This document shows, piece by piece, positions 9,630 through 19,677 of a stretch of 64,000 nt of DNA. This stretch comes from an uncultured Pseudomonadales bacterium (GTDB lineage: Bacteria > Patescibacteriota > Microgenomatia > UBA1400 > MFAQ01). Position 1 is the first letter of the stretch, and every line of letters begins with the position of its first letter. The stretch covers positions 47,007-111,006 of the forward strand of contig CAYHNG010000001.1 of assembly GCA_964357975.1 (NCBI GenBank). Direction: 5' to 3'. The notes under the pieces are model-generated. The model did not search any database, was not told the origin of the DNA, and worked only from the letters and a program-made list of their open reading frames with translations. The position numbers and the translations under genes are program-made.

Positions 9630-10904
9630 TTATTCAGCTACAAATGAGGAGTCGAGCTTTGAGGTTGTGACAAATTGTTCCATGTCGTGAATAAATTTCC
9701 GGGTGACGATTTCCCTATTAAATGAGTTTACAACAAGTTCTCTACCCTTATTGGCGATCTTTTTTAGTAAGGTTTGGTGAGTCTGATAATATCTAATTTT
9801 TTGTTGGAGTCCGGCTAAAGTACCGTCGTAGGCAATATAGCTTACCCCATCCACAAGACCCAAATCCGTATACATATGGCTGTCAAGGCCAATATAGGCA
9901 CAGCCACAAGCCATGCCTTCAATAAAGTTGACCGATGGCAAACCAATATTTTCTTCAGGGCAAACAAACATTTTATATTTGTTGTACTTCTCCACGATGT
10001 CGAAGCTGTGATATTTCTTATGATCGGAATTGGTGAGCATTGTCCATATTTTATATCCCACCCAATCTGAGTAAAATCGCTTATTCGTAGAATGCCTTTC
10101 GTTTGTTTGAGGAGAGATATAACTATCAATGTATTTTTTAAGTGAGCCACTCTGATCGTAGATTGCTTTTCTCATTGGATGTAAAGCATTGGTTTTGAAA
10201 AAGTTTACATAATCGGAGTGAGCCTCGCTCACAAACTCTTTAGAATCCGAAAGAAGCAGAAGGGTACCTATGGCAAAGCACCTTGCAGTCCTCTTCTCAA
10301 AAGGTACTATGGACCGATACCTTTCTCGAAGAATAAAAGGCAAAACATACACTTTGTCGATAAAATTAAAATACTTCATAAAGTAGGGATTCTTCTTGAG
10401 ATTGGCCTCGCTCAACAGATATTTAATTCCCATACTTCTTACGTTTTTGGAAACCTGTGCCGTTCTGCCAAAATAATGTGTGGCGTTGAAAAGCTTCTTC
10501 CCCTTGAAAGTCTTTATTATTGATCTCTTTGCAACCTTATCGTTAAGAAATGTATCTGTGAAAGAACAAAAACCAAATAAGAGGTCGGTCTTCTCATCCA
10601 AGCCACCTCTATTAAAAATGATCTTTGCCTTAAGTGGGTTTATTCCATTTAAGAAACACCAGATATATATCTCAAAAAAAGATATTATTCTTAACAAGAA
10701 GTAGTTGTCCGAAACAAACTTGATCAGGGAGGATCCTGAGGTTAGTGAAGTTGCTGTACCATCGACAACAAACGCCATATCAGCCCGTTTTTCTTTAATT
10801 AGTTCCAGAAGAAAATCATTCTTTTGAGCATGAGGTTTGCGGAATAAAGACGAAAATAACGTTTTTCCAACTGTAGTATGGGGGTTATAAAAACACAATC
10901 TCAT
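9630..10904 (-). CDS. Glycosyltransferase, GT-B fold (GT4-like)
   Basis: C-terminal motif GLPSVNFIEGMACGCAYIG (E-x7-E-like GT4 signature). The track start at 10940 is a TTG; the ATG at 10904 (MRLCFYNP) is preferred. Confidence 0.6.
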   Translation of the reverse strand: MRLCFYNPHTTVGKTLFSSLFRKPHAQKNDFLLELIKEKRADMAFVVDGTATSLTSGSSLIKFVSDNYFLLRIISFFEIYIWCFLNGINPLKAKIIFNRGGLDEKTDLLFGFCSFTDTFLNDKVAKRSIIKTFKGKKLFNATHYFGRTAQVSKNVRSMGIKYLLSEANLKKNPYFMKYFNFIDKVYVLPFILRERYRSIVPFEKRTARCFAIGTLLLLSDSKEFVSEAHSDYVNFFKTNALHPMRKAIYDQSGSLKKYIDSYISPQTNERHSTNKRFYSDWVGYKIWTMLTNSDHKKYHSFDIVEKYNKYKMFVCPEENIGLPSVNFIEGMACGCAYIGLDSHMYTDLGLVDGVSYIAYDGTLAGLQQKIRYYQTHQTLLKKIANKGRELVVNSFNREIVTRKFIHDMEQFVTTSKLDSSFVAE

Positions 10905-10997
10905 TTTGATTTTATTTAGTATACTGCCGTTACTGAACAAAAGGCCATTCCAAAATCCCCATATTCGGATATAATTCGATTATATTTTATCCGACAT

Positions 10998-11540
10998 ATG
11001 AAAAAAAAAGAAGTATTTATCCCCAAAAGTTTAGTATTAGACGTAGACGGAGTCATGACGGACGGGCAGTTTCATTATACCGTCGAGGGAAAGGTGTCAA
11101 AAATATTTGGCCCTGAAGACAACGATGCGCTTTGTCTCTTGCAGGATAAGCTTAAGATATTTTTTGTGACTGGGGATAAGAGAGGATTCGAAATTACCAA
11201 AAGAAGGATTGTGGATGACATGCACTTCCCACTTGAGCTAGTAAGTACTTTTGAAAGAATCGAGTGGATAAAAAGCAAGCTGGACCCGGAAAACACTATT
11301 TATATGGGTGACGGAATTTTTGATGCGATAGTTTTTAACCAAATTGGATATGGTATTGCTCCGGCAAATGCTTTTTTTAAAACAAAGGAGTATGCCGATT
11401 TTATTACAAATGCCAGAGGAGGAGAAGGAGCCGTGGCAGAAGCGTGTCTTCATATCATGGATAAATTTTTTGAACCGTTTGACCCGCTAAATATACAGGT
11501 TAATAAAATTGGTGTTTGGAGTAAAAAAAATGATAAGTAA
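10998..11540 (+). CDS. KdsC-family HAD phosphatase (3-deoxy-sugar 8/9-phosphate phosphatase family)
   Basis: LVLDVDGVMTDG (HAD motif I), FVTGDKRG, GDGIFDAIVF, GGEGAVAEACLHI all follow the KdsC pattern. First gene of a translationally coupled plus-strand operon. Confidence 0.8.
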   Translation: MKKKEVFIPKSLVLDVDGVMTDGQFHYTVEGKVSKIFGPEDNDALCLLQDKLKIFFVTGDKRGFEITKRRIVDDMHFPLELVSTFERIEWIKSKLDPENTIYMGDGIFDAIVFNQIGYGIAPANAFFKTKEYADFITNARGGEGAVAEACLHIMDKFFEPFDPLNIQVNKIGVWSKKNDK

Positions 11541-12348
11541 GGACACAATATTGTGCATTTCAATTGCTGAACGACCCGGTAGTTTGGGTGCAACAATTTT
11601 CAATAACGCTTTCGAAAAGTTATCTTTGGATTATATCTATAAGCCTTTGCTGGTAAAAGCAAAGGACCTGGAAATTGCTGTTTTGGCAATTAGAGCCTTG
11701 TGCATCCGAGGTTGCGGCGTATCGATGCCTCACAAAATTGAGGTTATCCAATATCTAGATAAAGTCGATATGACAGCCAAAAAAATTGGGGCGGTTAATA
11801 CGATCGTTAATAATGACGGAACCTTGACCGGTTACAATACGGACTTTGAGGGTGCCAAAATAATAACGAAGAAAGATATTAACGTAAGAGGTTCAGATGT
11901 GTTTATTGCGGGCGCTGGGGGTGCCGCCAGAGCCATCATACAGGCTCTAATAGAAAACAAGGCCTCTAGGATATATATAACAAATAGAGACGAGCAAAAG
12001 GCGACAACGGTGGCTAAGGAATTCAAGATCGAGTTCATTCCATGGAAGGAGAAGGATATTATGTCAGGTAAGCTGCTGGTTAATGCCACGCCATTAGGGA
12101 TGAAGCTTGATGACCCGTGTATTTTTGCCGATGAAACGATTAATAACTTCGATGCCGTGATGGACGTGGTCGTAAGTTTAAATGATACCTATCTAATTAA
12201 AAGGGCCAAAGAATTTAACAAAATTACCTTACCGGGAATACGAATGTCATCTCTACAGGGAATGGTTCAATTTAAGTTGTATACTGGGGCAAATATTCCG
12301 ATAAAAATTATCGAAGAAGGAATACAAAAATTTTTAAATAAACACTAA
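11530..12348 (+). CDS. Shikimate/quinate 5-dehydrogenase (AroE)-family NAD(P)-dependent oxidoreductase
   Basis: SMPHKIEV, GAVNTIV, GYNTDFEG and the Rossmann motif AGAGGAARAI. Start moved to the ATG at 11530 (MISKDT) with GGAG 9 nt upstream; it overlaps the end of the preceding KdsC-like gene by 11 nt. Confidence 0.75.
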   Translation: MISKDTILCISIAERPGSLGATIFNNAFEKLSLDYIYKPLLVKAKDLEIAVLAIRALCIRGCGVSMPHKIEVIQYLDKVDMTAKKIGAVNTIVNNDGTLTGYNTDFEGAKIITKKDINVRGSDVFIAGAGGAARAIIQALIENKASRIYITNRDEQKATTVAKEFKIEFIPWKEKDIMSGKLLVNATPLGMKLDDPCIFADETINNFDAVMDVVVSLNDTYLIKRAKEFNKITLPGIRMSSLQGMVQFKLYTGANIPIKIIEEGIQKFLNKH

Positions 12349-12351
12349 ATT

Positions 12352-13935
12352 ATGGATTACAAAGTATGTATTTTGGCTGCTGGTTCCGGTACGCGAATGG
12401 GCAAATTATCCGATAGCATCAATAAGGCTATTCTACCAGTAAATTCTAAAGCCGTAATCTCTCATATTATCGAAAAATTCCCACCAAATATTGAAATAGT
12501 AATTGCAGTAGGACACAAAAAGGAAACGGTAATTGATTACGTTAAGCTTGCGTATCCCGAACGAAATTTTTCATTTGTCGAAATAGACAAATACATCGGT
12601 CCGGGCACCGGACCGGGCTATTCCCTTTTACAGTGCCGGAGCCAGTTAAAATGCCCTTTTGTTTTTTTTGCCGCCGATACAATTGTTCTTGAAGATGTGC
12701 CCGCTCCGGATCATAACTGGTTCGGGATTGCCCCAGTCAAAGAGACAGAGCCCTATTGTACGGTTCAAATAAAGAACAATTTGGTTTTTCAGCTTGATGA
12801 TAAAACAAAGAATGACAATAAATTTGCTTTTATTGGACTTGCCGGAGTTAGAGACTCTGAAATATTCTTTAAATCGCTGGAGAATAACAATACGAGTAAC
12901 AGTGGAGAAATTCAAGTCTCGAATGGATTTAATAGTTTGATTGAGCAAGAACTTGTGCCCATAGGATTTACATGGTTCGATACAGGGACTGAGGAAAATT
13001 ATGCTGAAACAAATAAGAATTTTTCCGGGGCTAGTAAATTTGATTTTGGAAAAGAAAGCGAGTTTATCTACTTTGTTAACGGGACGGTAGTCAAGTTTTT
13101 CGCAGATGAGAAAATTGCCAAAAACAGGTATGAACGAGCAACAAATAGCCTGTTGGGTTTGTGTCCCAAAATTGATGGTTACCGGGGGAATTTTTACTCT
13201 TACAAAAAACTGACCGGTCAAACACTTTACGATGTTTTAAATAATCACACAGTAAAGACTTTTTTAAATTGGGCCAAAGTTAATTTGTGGAAGAGAATCG
13301 AAATAACTCCCAGTGAAAAAAAGCAATTTAAAAAAGCATGTAAGGATTTTTACTATAAAAAAACAATGAAGCGTCTTAAGAAGTTTTTTGAAAAAACCGG
13401 GATTGAAGACGGTGAGACCGTCATAAATGGTATATCTGTTCCACCCCTAAAAGACCTTCTAGACAAGATAGACTGGAAGTATATTACAAATGGTGTTCCC
13501 TCTAATTTCCACGGAGATCTTCAATTTGATAATATCTTGGTTACCCGTGACCCGGTTAGTAATCTGGAAAAATTTATTTTATTGGACTGGAGACAAGACT
13601 TTGGTGGGTTGACCGGTATGGGTGATCTGTATTACGATCTTGCCAAACTTTATGGCGGGACAACACTCTCATATCAACTAATTAAACAGGGGATGTTTTC
13701 CTTTGACACCAGTGGATCAAGTGTATATTATAATTTTTATCTTAAAAACGATTTACTCGAGGCAAAGGAAGAGTTCGAGGACTTTATTATCAAAAACAAT
13801 TTCGATCTTAATAAAATAAAGATCATTACCGCACTAATCTTTCTAAACATGTCCCCCTTACATAACGACCCGTTCGATTTGATGTTATACCATTTAGGCA
13901 AGAGTCAGCTTTATCGATTGCTAAACAATAAATAA
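12352..13935 (+). CDS. Bifunctional sugar-phosphate nucleotidyltransferase (N-terminal) / APH-ChoK-type sugar kinase (C-terminal)
   Basis: N-terminus ILAAGSGTRMG is the NTP-transferase G-loop. C-terminus FHGDLQFDNILV...LLDW is the Brenner / aminoglycoside-choline kinase catalytic loop. 527 aa. Confidence 0.7.
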   Translation: MDYKVCILAAGSGTRMGKLSDSINKAILPVNSKAVISHIIEKFPPNIEIVIAVGHKKETVIDYVKLAYPERNFSFVEIDKYIGPGTGPGYSLLQCRSQLKCPFVFFAADTIVLEDVPAPDHNWFGIAPVKETEPYCTVQIKNNLVFQLDDKTKNDNKFAFIGLAGVRDSEIFFKSLENNNTSNSGEIQVSNGFNSLIEQELVPIGFTWFDTGTEENYAETNKNFSGASKFDFGKESEFIYFVNGTVVKFFADEKIAKNRYERATNSLLGLCPKIDGYRGNFYSYKKLTGQTLYDVLNNHTVKTFLNWAKVNLWKRIEITPSEKKQFKKACKDFYYKKTMKRLKKFFEKTGIEDGETVINGISVPPLKDLLDKIDWKYITNGVPSNFHGDLQFDNILVTRDPVSNLEKFILLDWRQDFGGLTGMGDLYYDLAKLYGGTTLSYQLIKQGMFSFDTSGSSVYYNFYLKNDLLEAKEEFEDFIIKNNFDLNKIKIITALIFLNMSPLHNDPFDLMLYHLGKSQLYRLLNNK

Positions 13936-13942
13936 AAACATT

Positions 13943-14947
13943 ATGGCTAATAGAATTAGTGCAAAACTAGGTATCGGACCAATGAGCAGTGAAGTAATAG
14001 AGGCCGTTTTCCGGTATTCCCACTTCTACCGGAAGCAAATCATGTTAATTGCTTCAAAAAATCAAATAGATTATGCCGGCGGATACGTTAATGGCTGGAC
14101 GACCGAACAATATGCTTTGTATGTCAAAGAAATGAGGAAAATATACGGAAATAGCGATGTAAAAATTTGTCGCGACCATTGTGGGCCAGGTTTTAATGGA
14201 ATTGATAATCTTAAAGATACTTATGAAACTATAAAACATGACATCGAAAACGACTTCGATTTAATCCACTTTGATTTTTGTCATCTTTCCGGTAACCGAG
14301 AGGAAAAGTTGACTGAAACCAAGAAGGCAATCCAATACGCTGTCAAACTAAACCCCAATATCTTGATAGAAGTGGGTACCGATGAAAACCTAGGCGTAAA
14401 CTATAGCCTGCCAAACAAATCGGAGATCGAAAAAGAAATTGATTATATACAAAGTTTCTGCAGCCCGGAGTTTTATGTTGTACAAACGGGTAGTTTGGTA
14501 AAAGAAATTAATCAGGTGGGAAATTTTAATCGAGATTTTGTTTCTCAGGTTGCTGAAATTGCAAAATCAAAAGGAATCAAAATTAAGGAACACAATGCCG
14601 ACTACCTCGACAAAGAGTCGATACAGTCGAGAAAAGACGTAGTTGGCGCCATGAATATTGCCCCACAGTTTGGCGTGGTACAAACCCAGCTGGTAGTTAC
14701 CAAATGTCTGCAGTTTGGAGTCAATTTCGAGAAGTTTTTTGGAGATATTTATGACAGTGGAAAGTGGAAGAAATGGTTGATGAATAACACAGCAGAGAAC
14801 AAGATGCTATGTGCCATTATCGGTGGTCATTATGGATTCAACTTTGAAAGTTACAAAGAGATCACCAAGAAATTAAGTGATAGTGTTGATATCAAGGAGT
14901 ATATAATCACTTCATTAATAGATATAATAGTTCACTATGATATATAA
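13943..14947 (+). CDS. GatZ/KbaZ-family TIM-barrel protein (class II tagatose-bisphosphate aldolase accessory / sugar-phosphate 4-epimerase family)
   Basis: GIGPMSSEVIEA...LIASKNQIDYAGGYVNGWTTEQYALYV...KICRDHCGPGF aligns by eye to the GatZ N-terminal pattern (G-x-SVCS...E-x-S-x-SQ-x-x-x-GGYTGMTP...GGDHLGP). Confidence 0.6.
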   Translation: MANRISAKLGIGPMSSEVIEAVFRYSHFYRKQIMLIASKNQIDYAGGYVNGWTTEQYALYVKEMRKIYGNSDVKICRDHCGPGFNGIDNLKDTYETIKHDIENDFDLIHFDFCHLSGNREEKLTETKKAIQYAVKLNPNILIEVGTDENLGVNYSLPNKSEIEKEIDYIQSFCSPEFYVVQTGSLVKEINQVGNFNRDFVSQVAEIAKSKGIKIKEHNADYLDKESIQSRKDVVGAMNIAPQFGVVQTQLVVTKCLQFGVNFEKFFGDIYDSGKWKKWLMNNTAENKMLCAIIGGHYGFNFESYKEITKKLSDSVDIKEYIITSLIDIIVHYDI

Positions 14948-15368
14948 CGCATCTCCGAAAGTGGTAACCAAGCCTTGGGGTAAAGAGCTGTGGCTCGAGC
15001 TTAATGACCGCTACTGTTACAAAAGGATCTATCTCAAAGCAGGGACAAGAACCAGTTTCCAGTATCATGAAAATAAAGTTGAGACTAATTACATTATTGA
15101 AGGAGAGGCGGAAGTATGGCTGGAAAATGAGAATGGAGGAATTGAGAAAATAATGATGAAAGCCAACGATATTTTTAATGTTCGCCCTCCACAAAAACAC
15201 AGAGTAATTGCAAAAACGGACTTGATACTACAAGAAGTATCGACCCCGGAAGTTGATGATGTAATTAGAATAGAAGATGATACCTCTAGAGCCAGCGGAA
15301 AAATTGAATCTGAACATAACAAAGCATCAGTTGACGGGAAAAAGCCAAAAAAAATAAGCTCTAATTAA
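14937..15368 (+). CDS. Cupin-domain protein, type-II phosphomannose-isomerase-like
   Basis: KPWGKELW...YCYKRIYLKAGTRTSFQYHENKVETNYIIEGEAEV matches the PMI-II C-terminal cupin pattern. Acidic, low-complexity C-terminal tail. Confidence 0.7.
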   Translation: MIYNASPKVVTKPWGKELWLELNDRYCYKRIYLKAGTRTSFQYHENKVETNYIIEGEAEVWLENENGGIEKIMMKANDIFNVRPPQKHRVIAKTDLILQEVSTPEVDDVIRIEDDTSRASGKIESEHNKASVDGKKPKKISSN

Positions 15369-15395
15369 CCAGCAGATACAAGGATATCAGGATGG

Positions 15396-16181
15396 TTATT
15401 TTGTAATTAAAATATAGAGACTGCTTATACCTAAGATGGAAAGCAGTGGATCCGGAATATGGAAAGCGGACTTTTTCAGATAATCATAAAGTGGGTCAGC
15501 TCTGTATTCATAGAAAAAATTTATTATATTGGGATTAATTAATGGTCTAGAGCTTTTTGAGAAGCCAATTTCTTTGCTAAGGTTTAGAATAGAGGCGTAG
15601 GAGTATCTTCCAATGTGGTGATAGACTGATACTTTCGAAAAAAAATTGCTCGCTTTTTCATCCTTTTTGATTCTAATTGATGAGGGACACACAAACAGGT
15701 AGGCTCCTCCTTGTTTGAGTAGTGAATAGACCTGTTCAAGATGCCTTTTAATGTCGTCTGGATGGATGTGCTCGACTACATGGTGCGAGAAGGCAAAGTC
15801 TACCTTAAGGCCTTTTATTTTGTCTCCGGGTAGTTCAAAGTCTTTGTTGTAGTGAATCTGTTCTGAATTGGTCGGAAAAACACCTTGAAGTTTGGGGACG
15901 GCCGAGAAGTAGACCTTTTTAAATTTTGATGAAAATAGTTTTATTTCAGAAATCGAAGGACTAAACAGGTATACAGACTTGTTCTGTGTCTTACCCGGAA
16001 AAAATGTGGGCAGTAGAGGATTGGAGACACCAGATTCTTTACCCAGATCCAGTTGAGCTACATCCCTATACCATCCCTTGTAATATTTTTCGGCGAGACG
16101 CATTCTAGACGGATAGTCTTTCAAAAGGTTCATTTCCTTATAAAATCCCTTTGCCTCGTTCAACACTTTCTGTTTATCCAT
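15396..16181 (-). CDS. Class I SAM-dependent methyltransferase
   Basis: KVDFAFSHHVVEHIHPDD...LLKQGGAYLFVCP (Methyltransf_11/23-like). Confidence 0.7.
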   Translation of the reverse strand: MDKQKVLNEAKGFYKEMNLLKDYPSRMRLAEKYYKGWYRDVAQLDLGKESGVSNPLLPTFFPGKTQNKSVYLFSPSISEIKLFSSKFKKVYFSAVPKLQGVFPTNSEQIHYNKDFELPGDKIKGLKVDFAFSHHVVEHIHPDDIKRHLEQVYSLLKQGGAYLFVCPSSIRIKKDEKASNFFSKVSVYHHIGRYSYASILNLSKEIGFSKSSRPLINPNIINFFYEYRADPLYDYLKKSAFHIPDPLLSILGISSLYILITK

Positions 16182-16191
16182 GATCAGCTGA

Positions 16192-17772
16192 TTATGCCGG
16201 GGCTTTCTTGTTACTAACAGGCGTATAGAGAATGGATTTGGTAGTATTCTTGAGAAAGCTTCTCATGAACAATTTAATCCCTGTATAAACTAACCTTACG
16301 GTATATCTAAGATCTTCGAAGCTATTAATTTTATTCAAAATTCTAGTTGGATTTAGATACGACATGGCTCTATAAGCAATGAAGCTCCGGTAAGCATATA
16401 GATGAAGTCTTTTGATCCTCTCTTTGTCGAAATTCATGGTCGGGGCTGCCTCTTCGTTGAGCATTTTAAACATCTCTTGATATTTCTTTTGATCAAATTT
16501 CATGGTTTTGAAAATATCATCAAAATTAAGCAGCCCTTCTTTCTTAAAGTCTTCATACACGGGTGATGTTGGCTGAGGGCTGAGAGTGAAAAAGGCAGCA
16601 AAGTCGGTTCCGGAATGTTTGGCGAATTTTATGGTGTCGAGCATCTGCTCTTTTGTTTCATAAGGGAAACCTAATATATGGGTACAGATGGTCCACATGC
16701 CAATTTTATTGGCATATTGAATCAACTCCTTCGCCTGAGATAGACTGTGTGTTTTATGAATATATTCTCGAATATCTTTATTCCCGGACTCGATGCCGAA
16801 GGTAATTCGGTAACAGCCGGCCTTTTTCATCTTTTTGATCAGCCGCTTATCAAGTGTCCAATGAGCAATACCGTTAGGAGTCGTCCACCTAATATCTAGT
16901 TTTCTTTTAATTATCTCGTCGCATATTTCACCCCATCTTTTTTTATTAACAGCGGCCGAGTCGTCCAAAAAGCCGATTTCATTTATTCCATAGGTATTGT
17001 GAAGCAGCTCAAGTTCGTCAACTGTTTTTACTGCGCTTTTGCCTCTCCAGGTCTTACCCCAGACAGCCCTCACGGTACAATAAACACAATCTCCGGGACA
17101 ACCGCGACTGGACATAATACCCAAAACGGGAGTCCTCATGGTATAAACACTACCCTTGGAAAGAGCGGCATATTTTTTGACATCGACCAACGAATAATCC
17201 AATGGAGGAAGTTTGTTCAGGTCCCAAATAAGCCGTCGCCTTTCATTTTCGATGATTTTCCTCCCCTTTTTGTACACAAGTCCTTTAACGTCAGAAACAT
17301 CTAGATTTTTCTCCAAAAGGTGATGACTCAATTCTAATAAAGTTTCTTCTCCTTCGCCAACTACAACATAATCAAACATTCCCATCCCCACAATCCATCT
17401 GGCAAATGAAGAGGCGTGATTTCCTCCAGTGACGATTTTTATCTTCGGATTTATCTTTTTGATGTAGGTCGCCAAGTTTACGATATCTTGAAAATGTCTG
17501 GAATACATACAAGACAATCCAATCAAGATAGGTTTCTTTTCAAGAATAATTTTTTTTATTTCGGCGTTTGATTTTCCGCATCTTTTCCGATTTCCGTCTT
17601 TGATCCAATCGTTAAAATCAAACATCCCCAGTTCTTCGATGCTACACGACACACCGTTGGCTTGGAGATAGGTACCAAGATTGAGTAAATTTAAGGGTAG
17701 ACTAGCCAGAATCAACTCCTGAGAGTCTTTATCAACTGTGTAGTATTGATTAAAAAGTAGAACGTCGGACAT
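16192..17772 (-). CDS. B12-binding-domain radical SAM enzyme (class B)
   Basis: N-terminal cobalamin-binding Rossmann region (KPILIGLSCMYSRHF...IVTGGNHAS), then the canonical CxxxCxxC motif SSRGCPGDCVYCT. Confidence 0.85.
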   Translation of the reverse strand: MSDVLLFNQYYTVDKDSQELILASLPLNLLNLGTYLQANGVSCSIEELGMFDFNDWIKDGNRKRCGKSNAEIKKIILEKKPILIGLSCMYSRHFQDIVNLATYIKKINPKIKIVTGGNHASSFARWIVGMGMFDYVVVGEGEETLLELSHHLLEKNLDVSDVKGLVYKKGRKIIENERRRLIWDLNKLPPLDYSLVDVKKYAALSKGSVYTMRTPVLGIMSSRGCPGDCVYCTVRAVWGKTWRGKSAVKTVDELELLHNTYGINEIGFLDDSAAVNKKRWGEICDEIIKRKLDIRWTTPNGIAHWTLDKRLIKKMKKAGCYRITFGIESGNKDIREYIHKTHSLSQAKELIQYANKIGMWTICTHILGFPYETKEQMLDTIKFAKHSGTDFAAFFTLSPQPTSPVYEDFKKEGLLNFDDIFKTMKFDQKKYQEMFKMLNEEAAPTMNFDKERIKRLHLYAYRSFIAYRAMSYLNPTRILNKINSFEDLRYTVRLVYTGIKLFMRSFLKNTTKSILYTPVSNKKAPA

Positions 17773-17834
17773 GAGATTGTTATTAATTGGTGTCTATTGA
17801 TAATAAGAGATTGTAACCCTTGAAGATGAATTTT

Positions 17835-19670
17835 TCATCCATGTTTAGAGAGCCAATAATTGACAGCGAAGATTCTTAACAATTTGAACTGATTGTTACA
17901 AGTGTTATCCATGTGCTCCCGATATAGTTTATTAACGTATTTTTGGTTGAACATATCGTTTTTCTGGTGGAGATAATGAGAAAAAGTTTCTTTTAATTCT
18001 TTCTTTATCCATTTATCCAAAGGCACACCGAACCCTTTTTTCGGTCGGTAAATAAAATCTCTCGAATAGAAACGCTCCGCTAACTTTTTGGTCAGATATT
18101 TAGTTATTCCGCCTTTTATTTTCCAATTTCCTCCAAGACCAAAGACAAACTCTGCCAGTTTGGTATCCAAAAAAGGGTTTCTCATTTCCACGGAGGCGGC
18201 CATGCAAGTCCTGTCACCTTTTACCAGGTACCAATCCGGCAATTGAAGTCGGCAATCCAAATAGAGGGCTTTATTTAATAAATCGTCTTGTTTAAATTGA
18301 CTCTCTGCTAGGTGCGCATCAGAAAATATTTCCATCATCGACAATTCTTTACTTAACAACTGCTCGGCTTCCTCCCTCAAGAAACTTCCGCTTCCAAAAA
18401 GAAATTGTCTTTCGGAAAATTCATATTGATATCCTGCCAATAATTTTTTTATATTTGGACTGACCGATGTCTTGCTCAACAATGAGGCGAGAGGCTTAAG
18501 AAACTTGGTTTTTTCGATCAAGTACTGTGCTTTGTATTTTTCGTAACCTCCGAAAATTTCATCCCCCCCATCACCGCTCAAAACCACAGTCATGTCTTTC
18601 TTAGCCTGCTTAGCTACAAAGAATAATGGTACAACGGCGGCATCAGCCAGAGGTTCATCAAGATAATCCATGATTTCCAAGAAAGTTGACTGAACATCTT
18701 TTCCGCTGAATTCACACAAATGATAATCCAAGTCGTATTTGTTGACCACTTGCTTTACGTACTTTGATTCATCAGCGCTTGGGGTGTCTTTGTAACTTAC
18801 AGTGTAGGTACAGATGTTTGAGGTGTGTTTGGCCATATAGTGGGCGATCAGACTACTGTCGATACCACCACTCAAGAACAAACCCAAAGGGACATCGGAC
18901 ATTAACCTTTTCCTAACCGAGCTATCCAGTAGTCTATCAACCTTATCGATTATCTCAACTTCATTCAGATCATCTACGATCGCTATTTGACCTAGATCCC
19001 AATATCTTTTTTTATTAATAAGCTTCCAGTTATCGATATCGAATTGAAGTGTGGTGGCGGCTTCTAGCTTGTAGACATTCTTATAAATAGTTTCCGGAGA
19101 AGGAATGTAGCCATAGAACACGAATTTTTCAATCGCAGAATAATTTAAAATTAATTTTCTTTTTATATTTGGGTTTGAAACTATTGCTTTTAGCTCTGAT
19201 GCAAAACAAAAAGAATTCTCATCTAAATAATAGTAAATAGGTTTTTTTCCAAATCTGTCTCTCCCGAGTGTAATTATATTTTTGTATTGGTCATATATTC
19301 CAAAAGCAAACATCCCGTCCAAATGTTTGACAATGTTCTGTCCGTATTCTTCATAGCCATGAACTATTGATTCAGTATCCGAGACGCTATTCCAAACGTG
19401 TTTTCTTTTTAACCCTTTTTTTACTTTTTGGAAGTTGTAGATTTCGCCATTAAAAACGATTGCTATCGAGCCATCTTCATTAAACATGGGTTGCTTGCCG
19501 TTCTCAGAGAGGTCAACTATCGATAATCTTGTTTGGCCGAGAGCGACGTTACCTGCCAGATACTTGCCTTGCTGGTCCGGTCCACGTCGAGATAATGTCG
19601 AAACCATTGTCTCGAAGAGACCTTTTTCAACTTTTTTTTGTTTTTGGATGAGGCCTACTATTCCACACAT
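17835..19670 (-). CDS. asnB: Asparagine synthetase B-type glutamine amidotransferase
   Basis: MCGIVGL N-terminal nucleophile, GEIYNF, the PP-loop SGGIDSS, and a full-length (611 aa) AsnB architecture. Confidence 0.9.
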   Translation of the reverse strand: MCGIVGLIQKQKKVEKGLFETMVSTLSRRGPDQQGKYLAGNVALGQTRLSIVDLSENGKQPMFNEDGSIAIVFNGEIYNFQKVKKGLKRKHVWNSVSDTESIVHGYEEYGQNIVKHLDGMFAFGIYDQYKNIITLGRDRFGKKPIYYYLDENSFCFASELKAIVSNPNIKRKLILNYSAIEKFVFYGYIPSPETIYKNVYKLEAATTLQFDIDNWKLINKKRYWDLGQIAIVDDLNEVEIIDKVDRLLDSSVRKRLMSDVPLGLFLSGGIDSSLIAHYMAKHTSNICTYTVSYKDTPSADESKYVKQVVNKYDLDYHLCEFSGKDVQSTFLEIMDYLDEPLADAAVVPLFFVAKQAKKDMTVVLSGDGGDEIFGGYEKYKAQYLIEKTKFLKPLASLLSKTSVSPNIKKLLAGYQYEFSERQFLFGSGSFLREEAEQLLSKELSMMEIFSDAHLAESQFKQDDLLNKALYLDCRLQLPDWYLVKGDRTCMAASVEMRNPFLDTKLAEFVFGLGGNWKIKGGITKYLTKKLAERFYSRDFIYRPKKGFGVPLDKWIKKELKETFSHYLHQKNDMFNQKYVNKLYREHMDNTCNNQFKLLRIFAVNYWLSKHG

Positions 19671-19677
19671 GGTACTT

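Noticed and set aside
10218-10232. Perfect 6-bp palindrome GTGAGC-ctc-GCTCAC
   Set aside because: Single occurrence inside the GT4 CDS, with no flanking T-run and no similarity to the hairpin repeat family. Probably chance or coding.
12646-13221. 191-aa minus-strand ORF inside the nucleotidyltransferase-kinase gene
   Set aside because: Embedded antisense within a CDS that has clear domain motifs; no motif of its own.
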